The notes beneath the pieces are model-generated. The model saw only the letters and a program-made list of their open reading frames with translations. It searched no databases and had not been told where the DNA came from. Both the position numbers and the translations under genes were made by a program. DNA of 63,750 nt, the filler included, from Craspedostauros australis (Eukaryota): NCBI GenBank assembly GCA_030167865.1. It is 8 parts of 8 records of this genome, joined end to end, with 100 filler letters (N's around TTAATTAATTAA, not from the genome) between each part and the next. Parts side by side here need not be neighbours in the genome. Positions count along the whole stretch, not along the records: positions 38,496 to 62,549 come from JALAGF010004384.1; 7 more parts are not named here. One strand, 5' to 3'. This document shows, piece after piece, positions 47,733 through 59,800 of the stretch (position 1 is its first letter; each line of letters begins with the position of its first letter).

Positions 47733-50700
47733 ATGAGAAAGAACAACGGCAACGGGGCATCCCGTTCGAGGTCTGCCTCCAAGTCGCGATCTCCCTCCAG
47801 ATCTCGGTCCAGATCCCGATCCAGATCCATGTCGGTGGACGATGCTGAAATCGGCAGATCCTCGTCAGCTCCCAACAGCCCCCTACGATCTCAAAGTCCC
47901 ATGCGAGAGCGCAAGGCAAGGGAACGATCTGGATCGGATGTTGGCATGCAGGATGCCCCAGATTCGAACGGCAGCAAGGCCAACGCAACGGCCAATGTCG
48001 TCCCGACGAACAGCTCGGTGGACAAGCTCCTGCTCGGCGGTCCCATGCTGGGCCTCAAGGAGGACGTGCGCAAACACCGCGGCAGCAACCGATCGGAGCA
48101 GTACCATCCGCACCGTCTGCAGTCGCCGTTGATCACGCCCAAGATCAAGGATGAGCGGTTCATTTTGTTGCCGCAGAAGCACGTTGTGACGGTGTTGGCA
48201 TTGAAGACGGGTCAGATCGTTGCCACCTTGATTCCCAAGTACGTCAATCAGGACGACGACGACGACGACGTGCGCGAGAGTCTTGTGGAGAGCGTTTGCA
48301 TGGGGTCCTTCGCGGCGCAGTCCTTGCCTGAAAACCACGCCGAGTCGTCATGCAACGGCAACAGGGGTGGTTCCCACAAGGGATCCGGTGCGGCCACGCC
48401 AAAGTCGAGTAAGAAATCCAAGCAGCAGGGTGGCAAGGGGAAGAACAGTGCCGGGTCGGAGGACATGGTCGTGGATCATCCAGCTTCCGATGATGTGGTG
48501 GTGGATCACACCACTGGTGATATGTCCATCGCACGCACGAGCAACAGCGGCAAGCACAACAGCAGGGGCAAGAGTAGCCGCAAGTACGGACGCGGTGGTT
48601 CCGATTCTGTCATTCTGAGGGATTATGTCGTCTTCGTCGGATGTCGCGATGGGTACTTGTACGAATTCTCTCTCAATGATCTCGTCGCAAGCAGACGCAC
48701 GGGTCGATCCACCGTCGTGAACACCTCCAAACCCACGATCTCTTGCGGTCACTACCATCTCTCCACCAAGGATAACATCCTGCGCCTCATCCCCCGCCGT
48801 GTCTTCCGCATTGGCAACGACAACACGGCACCGGCATCGTTGATCCATCTGGCGTGCGCTCCTCGCATGGAGACTGCCGAGAAGCGTGGTGCTCTCGTCT
48901 ATGCGCTCACCAGAGAACGCGACGGTACCGTCAACCCAAACATCAACAATCACATGCGGGAGCAGTCGAAGCGCAACGCGAATGGCGGCAAGCACAGCAA
49001 CGGTCACGCGTTCAAAGCCAAGAGTGGCCCCACCTCCTTTCACGAAGTCCGGTTGCTGCAGATCGACATCCCGCCACCGGACCATACCAAGTCGCTCGGG
49101 TACAACACCAACCTTGCTAAACCCGAGTCCATCGATTTTGCCAACGACAAACAGATCCAGGTCTTGGACCATCTCACGTGCGAGTACGACGAATCCGAAC
49201 AGTTCGGCAGCGAGATTCCGTTCGAGCTCACTGTCATCGCAAAGGCCAAGCGCGATCAACCCCACATGCGGGGTCTCTTCGTCGTCGTCGCACAGAGCAC
49301 GCGCATTCGCATGTACTACGCCGAGCAGGACACGACGCACAGCTCCACGACCGGTGAAGGCCTCGTGGGAGTCAGCGTCCTCAAGCCCAACATATACATT
49401 CGGGCTCCCACACACCGCCCCTTCACCGCCATCACGGCCTCCGGCAACGAGCTCTCGTGCGGCTACAGCAACGGATCCATCAAGGTCTTTCACGACCTGT
49501 GGAACATGGTCGCGGCCTACTCCCTCGCGCGCAGAGCCAGGATGCGTCTCAACGCGGAAGGCCGCACCGGCAACTTCAAAATGCCCAAGCATCCCAGCTT
49601 GTCCACGACGACCCGACTGCATTGGCACGCCCACGCCGTGACGTGCATGTCCAACTTCCAGCAAGGTCAGTCGACCAGTCTGGGCAGCCAGACGAGCCAC
49701 ATCATCGACCCGCAGCTCTTTTCCGGCGGTGAAGAATCCACCATCGTCGAATGGCGCATCGGCACGGGATCCACCAAACCGGCCTCCTTCATGGCCCGCA
49801 TCGCCATGTCGCCGTTGGCCAAGTTGATCGCCATCAACGATAAGGGCGATGTTTCCGCGAGGGCCAACAGCCTGCTGGCCGTGACGCGTGACAACACCAT
49901 CCAGCTCATCACGTCGCACAACAACTCGGTGTCGTGGAAACTGCAAGGACTGTCCACCGCTCCCGAGGCACTGCCATCGTCGTCAGCCGGAGGCAAGAAG
50001 CGCTCCGCCTCCACACCGGCGGCCATCGCGCCCAAATCACTGTCACGCAAGGTCCACATCTCCATCGACCCAAGAAGCAACGCTGGTGCGAGGAAGAGGT
50101 ACCCCACCGTCCTCCTCAGCGGCCTGCATGACACTCCGGGTGTCATCCATCGGTACGATCCGCACCGGCAGGCCATCACTGCATCCGTGGAAGTCGCGCC
50201 GTACAATCGCGTCAGCCGACTGGAATCGTACCATGAAGAACTGCCGGTCTCCTCCATCGTCCATCAGGCCGCGTCCGGCACCGACGTCGTCACAGTCGAA
50301 GAATGTGCCACCGAGAACAGCTACATCGGCGCCTGCAGCAGCGGCCACAACGGTTATCCCGGCGAATCGCGCGGCTGCGGTATCGTGACCAGCATCCACT
50401 TCTGGACGTACCGCTTGCCCACACAGCGGCAGCTAGCCCACGCCCCGATCGATCGCATAGCGTTGGTGTGCGATGCCATGATGACGTTCCCGCATGGTAA
50501 GAAGAATCGAATCAACGCGCTGGCGTTGTCTCAGGATGGAACGCAGGCATGCACCGTCAGCGCCGGTGAGAGTGCATTCCGAGTGTGGTCCAAGATCGTG
50601 GCGCCGCCCGCCTCCCACAACAAGGATGGCGGTTTCGACTCGTCTGGCAACGCCGTCGGTGGTCACCAATCTCCTCCCAAATACACGTGGACTTGCCGGT

Positions 50701-51623
50701 ACCGCGTCGCGATTCCGGCTGGATTCAGCAACCACCTGACGGGCAAGGACGCCGTATCCTTCTCGTCGGACAATTCGGTGCTCGCAATCGGTTTCGGCAA
50801 CATGGTGAGCATCTGGGACAACAACGCTATGCAGCTGCTCACCACGGTCCGTCATTTGGATCATTCCCTGCGGGACGTCGCGAAGATTGATTTCATCAAC
50901 GTGGGGCTGATGAAGGATCTCATCCTCACCCAATCCACCGACGGTGTGTCGCTGCAGTCGCCTTTCATGCAGCAGCATACCTTCTCGTCGTGGAGCTACG
51001 TCGTGCGAGGCGACCAGCTGGGTTCATCCACCATCCAACCACAATCACGACCGAAAGGCAAGCAGAAGGATCTCATCATCACCGCGTCGCAATTCGTGAA
51101 CTCCCACGACGCGGTCGCAATCGCCGTGCACAATCCAGCCACCGGCGCGAGCAGCGTGCAGCTGATCAATGCCTGGACTGGCAAATGCGGCATCCGGTTG
51201 CATCGCAACAAGCAGACCACGACATCCGAAGTGTCGCTGGGCGATGCGCGCATCGAGGGCGTCGTCGCGTACGATGGATCGACGAACAGCAACGAAGCAT
51301 TGCGGGTCTACTGCCTCACGGCCGACGGCAACTTCGTGCTGATCCAGGAAAAACAGATGCAGAGCGACGCGTGGTATCCCGTGGTCGCACCTCGATCCAA
51401 GAACGGTGTCAAGCTCACTTTGCCATCGACCAACGAGAGCAAAAAGCGTCGCGCTGCAACCGATTACTTCGAGACGATCCAACCGCATCGCAAGAAAAGC
51501 ACGCTGGATGTGTTTGCTGCGGCGGAAACCGGCGGTACATCCTCGCTGCTGTCATCGACCTTGCCGACGTTGAGCGGTGCCTTCGTGCGGTCGCTTGTCA
51601 AGCAGCTATTGCCGACGCGATGA
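47733..51623 (+). CDS. WDR75: WD40 SSU-processome protein WDR75/Utp17-like with RS-rich N-terminus
   Basis: LHWHAHAV, LFSGGEESTIVEW, FSSDNSVLAI, C-terminal LPTLSGAF. Confidence 0.75.
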   Translation: MRKNNGNGASRSRSASKSRSPSRSRSRSRSRSMSVDDAEIGRSSSAPNSPLRSQSPMRERKARERSGSDVGMQDAPDSNGSKANATANVVPTNSSVDKLLLGGPMLGLKEDVRKHRGSNRSEQYHPHRLQSPLITPKIKDERFILLPQKHVVTVLALKTGQIVATLIPKYVNQDDDDDDVRESLVESVCMGSFAAQSLPENHAESSCNGNRGGSHKGSGAATPKSSKKSKQQGGKGKNSAGSEDMVVDHPASDDVVVDHTTGDMSIARTSNSGKHNSRGKSSRKYGRGGSDSVILRDYVVFVGCRDGYLYEFSLNDLVASRRTGRSTVVNTSKPTISCGHYHLSTKDNILRLIPRRVFRIGNDNTAPASLIHLACAPRMETAEKRGALVYALTRERDGTVNPNINNHMREQSKRNANGGKHSNGHAFKAKSGPTSFHEVRLLQIDIPPPDHTKSLGYNTNLAKPESIDFANDKQIQVLDHLTCEYDESEQFGSEIPFELTVIAKAKRDQPHMRGLFVVVAQSTRIRMYYAEQDTTHSSTTGEGLVGVSVLKPNIYIRAPTHRPFTAITASGNELSCGYSNGSIKVFHDLWNMVAAYSLARRARMRLNAEGRTGNFKMPKHPSLSTTTRLHWHAHAVTCMSNFQQGQSTSLGSQTSHIIDPQLFSGGEESTIVEWRIGTGSTKPASFMARIAMSPLAKLIAINDKGDVSARANSLLAVTRDNTIQLITSHNNSVSWKLQGLSTAPEALPSSSAGGKKRSASTPAAIAPKSLSRKVHISIDPRSNAGARKRYPTVLLSGLHDTPGVIHRYDPHRQAITASVEVAPYNRVSRLESYHEELPVSSIVHQAASGTDVVTVEECATENSYIGACSSGHNGYPGESRGCGIVTSIHFWTYRLPTQRQLAHAPIDRIALVCDAMMTFPHGKKNRINALALSQDGTQACTVSAGESAFRVWSKIVAPPASHNKDGGFDSSGNAVGGHQSPPKYTWTCRYRVAIPAGFSNHLTGKDAVSFSSDNSVLAIGFGNMVSIWDNNAMQLLTTVRHLDHSLRDVAKIDFINVGLMKDLILTQSTDGVSLQSPFMQQHTFSSWSYVVRGDQLGSSTIQPQSRPKGKQKDLIITASQFVNSHDAVAIAVHNPATGASSVQLINAWTGKCGIRLHRNKQTTTSEVSLGDARIEGVVAYDGSTNSNEALRVYCLTADGNFVLIQEKQMQSDAWYPVVAPRSKNGVKLTLPSTNESKKRRAATDYFETIQPHRKKSTLDVFAAAETGGTSSLLSSTLPTLSGAFVRSLVKQLLPTR

Positions 51624-51779
51624 AGATATTCGATTAGATCGAGTGGATTGCAGGTGGAATAGAGTAGTAGTGCTCGTGATATGACGAAGATACAAAGCAG
51701 AGTCGGAAAATGCACTGGAAGCGGCTGAAGTGCAGATACGATTCTATTCAACCCTATCTTCCTCGATATAGTAGGGATA

Positions 51780-52080
51780 TTCATGCTTGGGCATTGCGAA
51801 CCGCGCAAACCAAGGGTCTACAACCACAACACCAGTCGTGGCAAGAGTCTTTGTCGGAAAGAATGCGTGCAAAGGGAGTTCCGTTTGCCGAGAATTACAT
51901 GCGGGTACAACAGACAAGTTTGCAGGAAGTGTGATCATCGAAGACAGTGCCTGCTCGGCACGAACACGTGCAGTGGTCTTGGCAACAGTGACAGTTCAAC
52001 CAATGACATCATCATCAGAGAGCAGAAGTCTGCACGGCAGACACCACCTGCGAGAATTGCGCCCAAGGATCACTGTGTGA
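51780..52080 (+). pseudogene. Frameshifted fragment of the Cys-repeat family
   Basis: VGKNACKGSSVCRELHAGTTDKFAGSVII aligns with LGPSACDGESACEDIHAGNNKFPGGVAI; continues in another frame as GTNTCSGLGN...DIII. Confidence 0.65.
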
Positions 52081-52727
52081 TTTAGACACAGAAACTTTCG
52101 TAATCGACGACGCAACCGCGGATTGCCGTGGGCCATTCCAAACTGCCTGTGAAGTCGTCTAATCATCACATACACAACCACACATACTAGCATGCCTAGC
52201 TTGTACTCTGGCACCATGTTTCTATTTTGTTGTTGTCAAAGCAGAGCACTCTGTGACGATGATGCACACTCGCTTCGCTTGTGTCTTCTACACTGTCTCA
52301 GTGGCTAATCGAATCGAGGATACTGTCTTGGCGCCAAATGTCTCTTTGTTCTTGTTGTTCCTGTTGATGCTGCTGTTGCTGTCGATGTCGTTTTGTGCGG
52401 AATTGCGCACAGTGATCATCACCAATCATCACCACCACCAACACACAATCTGGAGTCAAGTTGGGAACGGTACTTGGCAAGTATGGGGACATCGATGAAG
52501 ATCACAACGACAACAATAGCGACGGCGGTCCTGGCAATGGCGATATCAATGGCATCAAACACTCTACACTCACATTACGTACAAGTACGAAGAATGTGAG
52601 AGACTGTGCTGTCCTTCATGATCCGTTCCATCGAACGACATCATCACGATGGTCACAAAAGAAGACAGGCGAGATCCATTGTCATATGTAAGGCTGCTGG
52701 CATTCATGAGAACAAGGTCATTGGGTC

Positions 52728-53069
52728 ATGCTGATGGTGATGGCGGTGATGATGATGGTGGCGCTTTGGAAAATGAATCATTCCCTGCAGTCCTCTGCGT
52801 TTCGCACCATTGATGGCCAGGCAGAGTCAATGATGGCAGATCCGTCTCATCCCAGATGATCAAATCCCAACACCCATGCACAGCCGTCGATGCACAACTT
52901 GCATCATCACTTCGCGCAGTTGCCCCAGTGGATCCAGTCGTACTCGTGATGGCATGACGAGATGCATCCCCAGTCCCCAGATGACGCCAGCAACAGCAAC
53001 CCTGGTGCACCACCCTTGCTGATTCGTCAGTTGCTGGAAGCAGTGGCCAACAACACAAGTATTATATGA
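52728..53069 (+). pseudogene. 5' remnant of a type II membrane (glycosyltransferase-like) gene
   Basis: TM-like MLMVMAVMMMVALW, then LPQWIQSYS*WHDEM...PPLLIR with in-frame TGA at 52857 and 52947. Confidence 0.4.
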
Positions 53070-53490
53070 TCTCTAGTATAATATTATGCTATTCTATATT
53101 TAATTATATTGTTACACTTGATGATGCGGCCACCCTCCTCGGCGACTCGTCATGTGTCTGTTCTCTAGAATATTCTAGTTTTGTGCAAAATTAGGGTACT
53201 TTAGTCCATCTGGTCGAAACGTTGCTCAGCGAAAGTTCGATCGCGATCCATCATGTTCGTTTTCGCGATGTCTGGGCGAACGTGTTGACACAGAGAGGTT
53301 CCGATGAGCAGCGCTGCTGCGCATTCCCACACATGCGCAACACGCTCACAACATTCACAACAGGGATTTCTGCAACAGGGACTTCCACAACAGCGAGGCT
53401 CACAAGTCAATACTCTATAATACCTCGAATAATATAATATTGTTGTTCTGGAATAGACCAGACCATTATCAAGCAGAGAGACAGAGAGAG

Positions 53491-54903
53491 ATGAGCTCCC
53501 AGATCCAGATCTCGTTGCTGGATGGACGGTCCGGCAGCTCGGACTCCATGGCTGTGTCCACGGACATGAAGGTCTTCGACCTCATCCAGCTGGCAGTTGC
53601 GCTGTTTGGTTTGGATGGCAACGGCGAGCTGCTGCTCATCAAGGATGCCAAGCCGCTCAATCCCGCTTCGACGCTGCAGCAGGCCGGGGTGGGCGACGGC
53701 GATCTGCTGGCCGTGGCGGACAGACAATCCATCAGCAACAACAACAGCAGCAACAACAACCCGGCACCAGCGCCTGCCCCAGCTGCTGCAGGCGGTGGCT
53801 TGGACTTTTCCAACCTGCTCGGGGGTTCCGGCGCACCAGCTTCTGCTGCGAGCGGCGGTCTCAACTTCTCCAGCATCCTTGGCAACGCCAGTGGCAACGC
53901 AGCCGGCGCCAAAGACGATGGCAGCGACCGCATCCCGGTGTACTACGCGGGCATGACGCTTGACGATGCCATGTCCAACAACCCGCATCCCAACCAGATC
54001 GTTCAGCTGCTCAAGGGTCCCCATCCGCACCTGTTCAAGGAGCTCAATCATCACAATCCCACCTTGGCGCAGAGAATCCAATCGGCGACCTTCGACCAGG
54101 CCGTGCAGATCTGGAGAGAGTACACTGTCAAGACCGGCATCCAGAACGCCATGCGGCAGACCAAGCTCTTCCAGACGCAGCAGAGCATGACCAAACGGCT
54201 GCAGCAGAATCCCGACGACGCAGAAGCCAAGGACTACTTCCACAAGCAAGAGAAGCAGAAGGAGATCCAGCAGCAGTACTTCCAGGCCATGCAGGAATAC
54301 CCCGAGAGCATGGGCAAGGTCCTCATGCTCTACATCGAGACGACCATCAACGGCCATTCCGTGCAGACCTTCGTGGACAGCGGCGCGCAGGTATCCGTCA
54401 TGAGCAAATCCTGCGCGCGGCGGTGCGGCTTGCTGGATCTGGTCGACACGCGCTTCGCAGGCTTCGCTCTGGGCGTCGGCAAGGGCAAGATCTTGGGACG
54501 CGTGCACATTGCGCATCTCAAGATCCACAACGTCCATTTCCCGTGCACCATCACCGTGATGGACAGCGAAGGCCTGCCCTCGGCCGGTGCGACGCAGAAG
54601 GACATGGACTTCCTGCTGGGCTTGGACATGCTGAAGCGGCATCTGTGCACCATCGATCTGGCATCGGGCGTGCTGCGATTTCCGACGCAGAACATGGAAA
54701 CGCCCTTCCTTCATGAGAAGGATCTGGATGAGAGCAAGGGCGGGACGAAGGGTTTCAACGCCGAGGAGGCCAACATGGAGCTGGAGAAGCAAATGCAGGA
54801 AGCGGAAAAGAAAGCCGCCGACGACGATGGTGATGGTGACGGCAAGCCTGACGGTGGCGACAAGAAGGGTGATGGCAGTGGCGATGACATGCAAACATCA
54901 TGA
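53491..54903 (+). CDS. DDI1: DNA damage-inducible protein 1 (UBL + helical domain + retroviral-like aspartic protease; no obvious UBA)
   Basis: PESMGKVLMLYI, FVDSGAQ, DFLLGLDMLKRH. Confidence 0.95.
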   Translation: MSSQIQISLLDGRSGSSDSMAVSTDMKVFDLIQLAVALFGLDGNGELLLIKDAKPLNPASTLQQAGVGDGDLLAVADRQSISNNNSSNNNPAPAPAPAAAGGGLDFSNLLGGSGAPASAASGGLNFSSILGNASGNAAGAKDDGSDRIPVYYAGMTLDDAMSNNPHPNQIVQLLKGPHPHLFKELNHHNPTLAQRIQSATFDQAVQIWREYTVKTGIQNAMRQTKLFQTQQSMTKRLQQNPDDAEAKDYFHKQEKQKEIQQQYFQAMQEYPESMGKVLMLYIETTINGHSVQTFVDSGAQVSVMSKSCARRCGLLDLVDTRFAGFALGVGKGKILGRVHIAHLKIHNVHFPCTITVMDSEGLPSAGATQKDMDFLLGLDMLKRHLCTIDLASGVLRFPTQNMETPFLHEKDLDESKGGTKGFNAEEANMELEKQMQEAEKKAADDDGDGDGKPDGGDKKGDGSGDDMQTS

Positions 54904-55237
54904 ATCCTCTCGTCGTAGAGCTCTGACGCTCTCTGACACGCCGGCCAGGGTTTGCGTATCTCTCCATGCTTTCCATACCATGCGGGGTGCACACATCACA
55001 AATGCGTAAACGGATACACTCTATGTACGTCCGGAAGCGTACTTGAATCGTCCTCTCCTCGTCCTCGTACTTCATGTCTACCATGGCATGGTAGATAAAC
55101 TCAAAAGCCGTCATCAGGTCTATACTCCCTCTTCTAGACTCGCGGTGTGATTGTTCATTTTGTCTTCTCCAGATTTGGCGCCAATCGTGAAACAACACAG
55201 AACCTCGTCGTTGTCGCACAAACAAAGACCATTGACC

Positions 55238-56521
55238 ATGGCGAAACACCGCCGCTGCGTGCTTGGGCTGCGAGGACGGGCTCTGATCCTGCTCTCCATC
55301 CTCTCCGCGTATCTCAGCATCCAATTCTCTGCAAAGACGGTGCCATCTCTCACTGATCCGCGAAATAGCAATGTTGCTGCTGCTGGTGAAGATGTGAGCA
55401 ATGTTGGTGGTGGAGTCTTCGAGGCGAGTGCCCGTACCACAGCTTCGCTGGTAGGAAGCGCTCAGTCATGGCAAACGCAGCAGCAGCAGCAGGATGATGT
55501 AGCGATGGAAACAACTGCCGTCAGTGACTCACAACGAGCAGCATCCGCAACTTCGAATCCAGTCGCAGTCGCCACCAACGTAGAACCTGCCGATGCCGCA
55601 TCTCTGCGAAGGAGAACCCCACGCAAGCGGCCATCAACGAGAGAGCTGCCTCGCAGCTGGCCAGAGCCGCAGGTTCTTCGCGATGTCGCCATCGATGGCA
55701 CCGTCGTCGTCTTCATCACGACGTGTCCGTACATCCACTTCCTGGAGAACGCCATCGCATCGATGCAGAACATTGGTTACACCAACTACGTCATCGTCCC
55801 TTTGGATCGGCTCACCTTGAGCCGCGTCACGCAGCTGTGGCCCAACCACGTGGTCTCCGTGCCCGACGCTGCGCACAACGACGCGCCATTCCAAAGGCCG
55901 GCGAAGTTCAACACCAAAGAATTCCGACTCATCACGTCATCGCGTGCCATCGTCCTCAAGGCGTTTCTGTCCAGCACGGCCAACCTCAACATTCTCTACT
56001 GCGATGTCGACACGTACTGGCAATCCGATCGCACCATCCCGCGCTTCCAACGCATTCAGCAGCAGCATCCTGCAAGCGAGATGATCGCCATCGTCGATGC
56101 CAAGACCGTTCGGGATGGTTTGATTTGCAGCGGAATTCTCTACCTGCCAAAATTAACAACATCCTCATCACCTCGAATCCTCGACTTCCTTTCCATCTGG
56201 GATGCCTGGATCCTGACCAATCAATTCCTCAGCGATCAAGCGGCATTGTACAAGGCGTACGCCCAGATCGTGAAGGCGCAGCAACAGGAAGGCAACAGCT
56301 CCTCGTTCATTCATGTCCTCGCCAAAAATAACCCGCACTTCCCCACTGGCAAGGTGTACTTTGAAGTCATGACGCAGGAGCAGCGCAGCGATGTGTGCAT
56401 CGTGCACAACAACTGGATCCGAGGTGCTGCCGCCAAACGCACGCGGTTCAGAGAGCATGGCATGTGGATTCTGCCGGGACGCGTGTACAAATTGCCGAAT
56501 CGGGCAGAGTGCGGGATATGA
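55238..56521 (+). CDS. Nucleotide-diphospho-sugar transferase (GT77-like), type II membrane protein
   Basis: N-terminal TM, YCDVD (DxD), CSG, SDQ, FPTG, VHNNWI...KRTRFREHGMW. Confidence 0.87.
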   Translation: MAKHRRCVLGLRGRALILLSILSAYLSIQFSAKTVPSLTDPRNSNVAAAGEDVSNVGGGVFEASARTTASLVGSAQSWQTQQQQQDDVAMETTAVSDSQRAASATSNPVAVATNVEPADAASLRRRTPRKRPSTRELPRSWPEPQVLRDVAIDGTVVVFITTCPYIHFLENAIASMQNIGYTNYVIVPLDRLTLSRVTQLWPNHVVSVPDAAHNDAPFQRPAKFNTKEFRLITSSRAIVLKAFLSSTANLNILYCDVDTYWQSDRTIPRFQRIQQQHPASEMIAIVDAKTVRDGLICSGILYLPKLTTSSSPRILDFLSIWDAWILTNQFLSDQAALYKAYAQIVKAQQQEGNSSSFIHVLAKNNPHFPTGKVYFEVMTQEQRSDVCIVHNNWIRGAAAKRTRFREHGMWILPGRVYKLPNRAECGI

Positions 56522-56840
56522 TTTGTTCAAGGTTGGGCGCGAGATATGCAGTCCGTGCTTACGGGGACTCTAGAGTAGTATGCTTGAGTAGAATAGAAAA
56601 ACCATTGGGGGCATTGGCATGCTGTCGCAAACTAACAGGATGGCACCACGGGTTGTTTTGAGGTTGGTGGCCGTCCCTCGCTGTCTGACTTTGGGGGAGA
56701 AGCGACTGCTCCACTCGAAGCTCAACGGAATAGCTCGGGACACGCTGCTCGGCAGACAGTTCGTGGTTAGCAGAACTCAAGCCGCTCAATTTCGGTCTCC
56801 GTCCCTCTCGCATATCGCTCTTGATCTGCGTGTCACGCTT

Positions 56841-59800
56841 TTACAGCTCATCGCTACCCTCAGCAGCAGGTGCATCATCAGCGTCTTCCTCATCTTCCAC
56901 ATCGTCGGCAAAGTCCGTCACGTAGTTAATGACGCGACCAACTCCGCGAGGGAAGTCGTCACGAAGCTCCTTGGCCCAACCATCCTTGAGCAATGACAGT
57001 ATCATCTCCAGTAGCTTGTCGGCAGTCGCCTTCTCCTGATCCAAGGAGAAGTTGCTCACGGTGATGTGGCTTCGTCCGTCCCACACCGCTACGATGTTGC
57101 CACCCTCGTACTCCGCGACGGCCATGGAACCGTCACCCATGAAGGTGTACCACTTCGATGAAAGGACCTCGCGATCCAGATCTTCGACGACATCTAGAAC
57201 GACATTCATCAGGTCGGGAACCCTGCCCGCCTTCTTTTCGTTGCGCCACAGCTGATACACGGTCTGGCGTCCGATCGGGATTTGCATCTGGAATTGCTCC
57301 TGGCCCGGCATACTGTCGTAGTCGGTGTCAGCGAACTCCCTCGGCTTGTACTCGTCCTTGTCCTGGTAGTAGAACGCGCCGCTGCTGACTTCCTCCATCC
57401 AAAACTCAATATCTGAGAACTTGGCGTTCAGCTCCTCGGCGGATTTGGACATCTGCGCCGGAGACGCTTCATTGTCGACGGTCAGGATGGAGAACTCGGC
57501 GGTCACGGTGTCTTCGCCCTTGGCAAGGAACTCGAAGCGGGTCAACGGATCGACCTCGATGAACCGACGGGTGCGTTCGATGGCGTTGTGACGCCACCTT
57601 GCGTTGTCACGGTTGGACAAGACGGCCATCATGAGCTTGACGGATTCCTTCTGGAAGGATGTGCGTCGGTTGGCCCAGAAACTGGCGAAGATTTGGCCCA
57701 TAACGTACGAAGCATTGTCATCGAGGATCGCTGCAGTCACAGTCAAACCGGATTCCATGAGATCTTCTCGCAGGTCATCCACAAGCTTGGTGCGGCATTC
57801 GTGTCGGTCCTTTTCATCAGCATCTTCCTCAGCAAGATCAGGACATTCGTACAGCTTCGTCACCTTCTCGAAGTGTCCGGTCTCCTCGGTCAATTTCGCC
57901 GACTTGCAGTCCTCCGATGCGAGTCCGCAGAAGATCAAGGCGACGCCACCCTTGGACAGCAGATTGCTGAAGGTGACTGCGTACAGCTCCTGCCACAGTT
58001 CGCTTGTCATGACCTCGGACAGCTTCGGCTGTACCGCGTTCTTTCCCTCGTCATTTGTGGCGTTGCAGTTGCGGCTGTGCCAGGCGAGATCAGGACCAAT
58101 CAGCATGTGATCGCGATCCCACGAGTGGCTGCCGTACATTCCAGACACGATGATGCGGTACGATGATACGGTCCCCTTCTTGATGTCGTTGCCAGCACCG
58201 AGGGCCTTGACGATGAGACTGCGCGTGGAGTCCATGAGATCGAAGCGTCCCCACAGATGGATGTCCAGAGCAACGTAGTTGGCCTCTGGCCAGCGCCTGA
58301 TGACGACGTACCCTTCGGCCAGAAGGATGATGGTCTTGGACTTTGCATCGTTGCTGCCGTGAGAGGCGTGCACACTGAAGCCTTGGTCATCCAAGACGCG
58401 CATGATCAGCGACGTGGCTTGGTCCAACGGCACAGCGACATTCTCAATGTCCACGATCATCAGCATGCCCTCGCTCTTTCCGTCGCGGATGCCTTGGGTT
58501 CTGATTTGATCTTCGATGGCGGCGTCCAGACGCGTGCACCCGCCATCCTTGACAGGGTCATTTGCCCTGAAGTCGTGCACCAGGTAGTGCGAGTTGGGGT
58601 AGTCCTTGAGGTCCGGGAGGAGGATGGTTTCCACGCCGTGATCGGTCAACGGCTGCGTGAACAAGTTGCGCTCGTTGCTACCAATGATCATGGCCTGGCC
58701 GCAGATCATGGGGCAGTCGTGGAAGTGAAACTCCATGCTGTAGTCCATGACGTTGGACATCCTGGGGAAGTAGCGTTCGTTCTTGACGAGGATGCCATCA
58801 GGTTTCACCAGCAGGGACATGGCCTCGAAGATATCGAGGTGGTCGCTGACGGTGAGGCTGGTGGCGGTCTCGGACAGGTCGATGATGACGAGGTCGAACG
58901 ACGAGGTGTACTCGCGTGGTAGGAGGAGGAGAGACTTTCTGGCGTCGCCGAACCACCATTCGACGCGGTCGTCGTCGAAGTGCGGTTGGGTGTGGAACCA
59001 CTTGAAGGAGGTTCGGACGACCTGCTGATCGAGCTCCAACCCGACCACGAGCTCGACGTCGGGATACTTCAAGACTTCGTGCAGGATCATCGAGTCCCCG
59101 CCGCCGATGAAGGCAACGCGCTTGACTTGGTCGAGGAACCGAGCCGGGTAGTGAACGCCGTACTCGTGATAGTGCGGTCTGTAGTTGTCGCAGATCTGGA
59201 CCGTGTCATCCAGATCGAGGCAGAGGCAGCCATCCGGGATGTCGCCGCGCACGCGTCTCGAGTAGTTGATTGTCTGGTATTCTGATTGGATGGATTCGAC
59301 TTCATCAAACTCCTTGAAGCCCATCATCTTGGAGATGTCGCAGGAGTTGTACCTGTAGAGGACGTCCGCGAGCTTGCCATCCAGCGACATGTACAGATCT
59401 CTGGATGTGCACTCGTCGTCCACGACGTTCGTGCAGGACAGCGGGTCGTGGTCTGGCATGGAAACCCTCGCGTTTGAGAGCGCGATGATGGCAGAGTCGA
59501 CGAACTTGCTGACGATGTCCCATTCGATTTCCGGGACGAGCTGGGCTGGTCCCTCTCGCTTTTGCCGACCGCCGGTCTTGGCGTACGTCTCGCGTCCCAA
59601 CCGAAGGAGGTTGGACCGCAAGACAGTGAGTCGTCGCAGCTGCTTCAAGATGTAGGGCTGGTTCATTTTGTCGGACTGCCAGGTGAGTTTGTACTTGAGC
59701 GCGCCACCGTTGACGTCCGTGGATTCTTGAGTCTCGTTGGCGTCCATGCCAAAGTCCTCCATCTCTTCGGGAGTCAGCGGAGGAACGACGTCGATCCGAA

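Noticed and set aside
54361..54400. Retroviral-type protease motif DSGAQ suggesting another retroelement
   Set aside because: It is the normal catalytic domain of the host gene DDI1.
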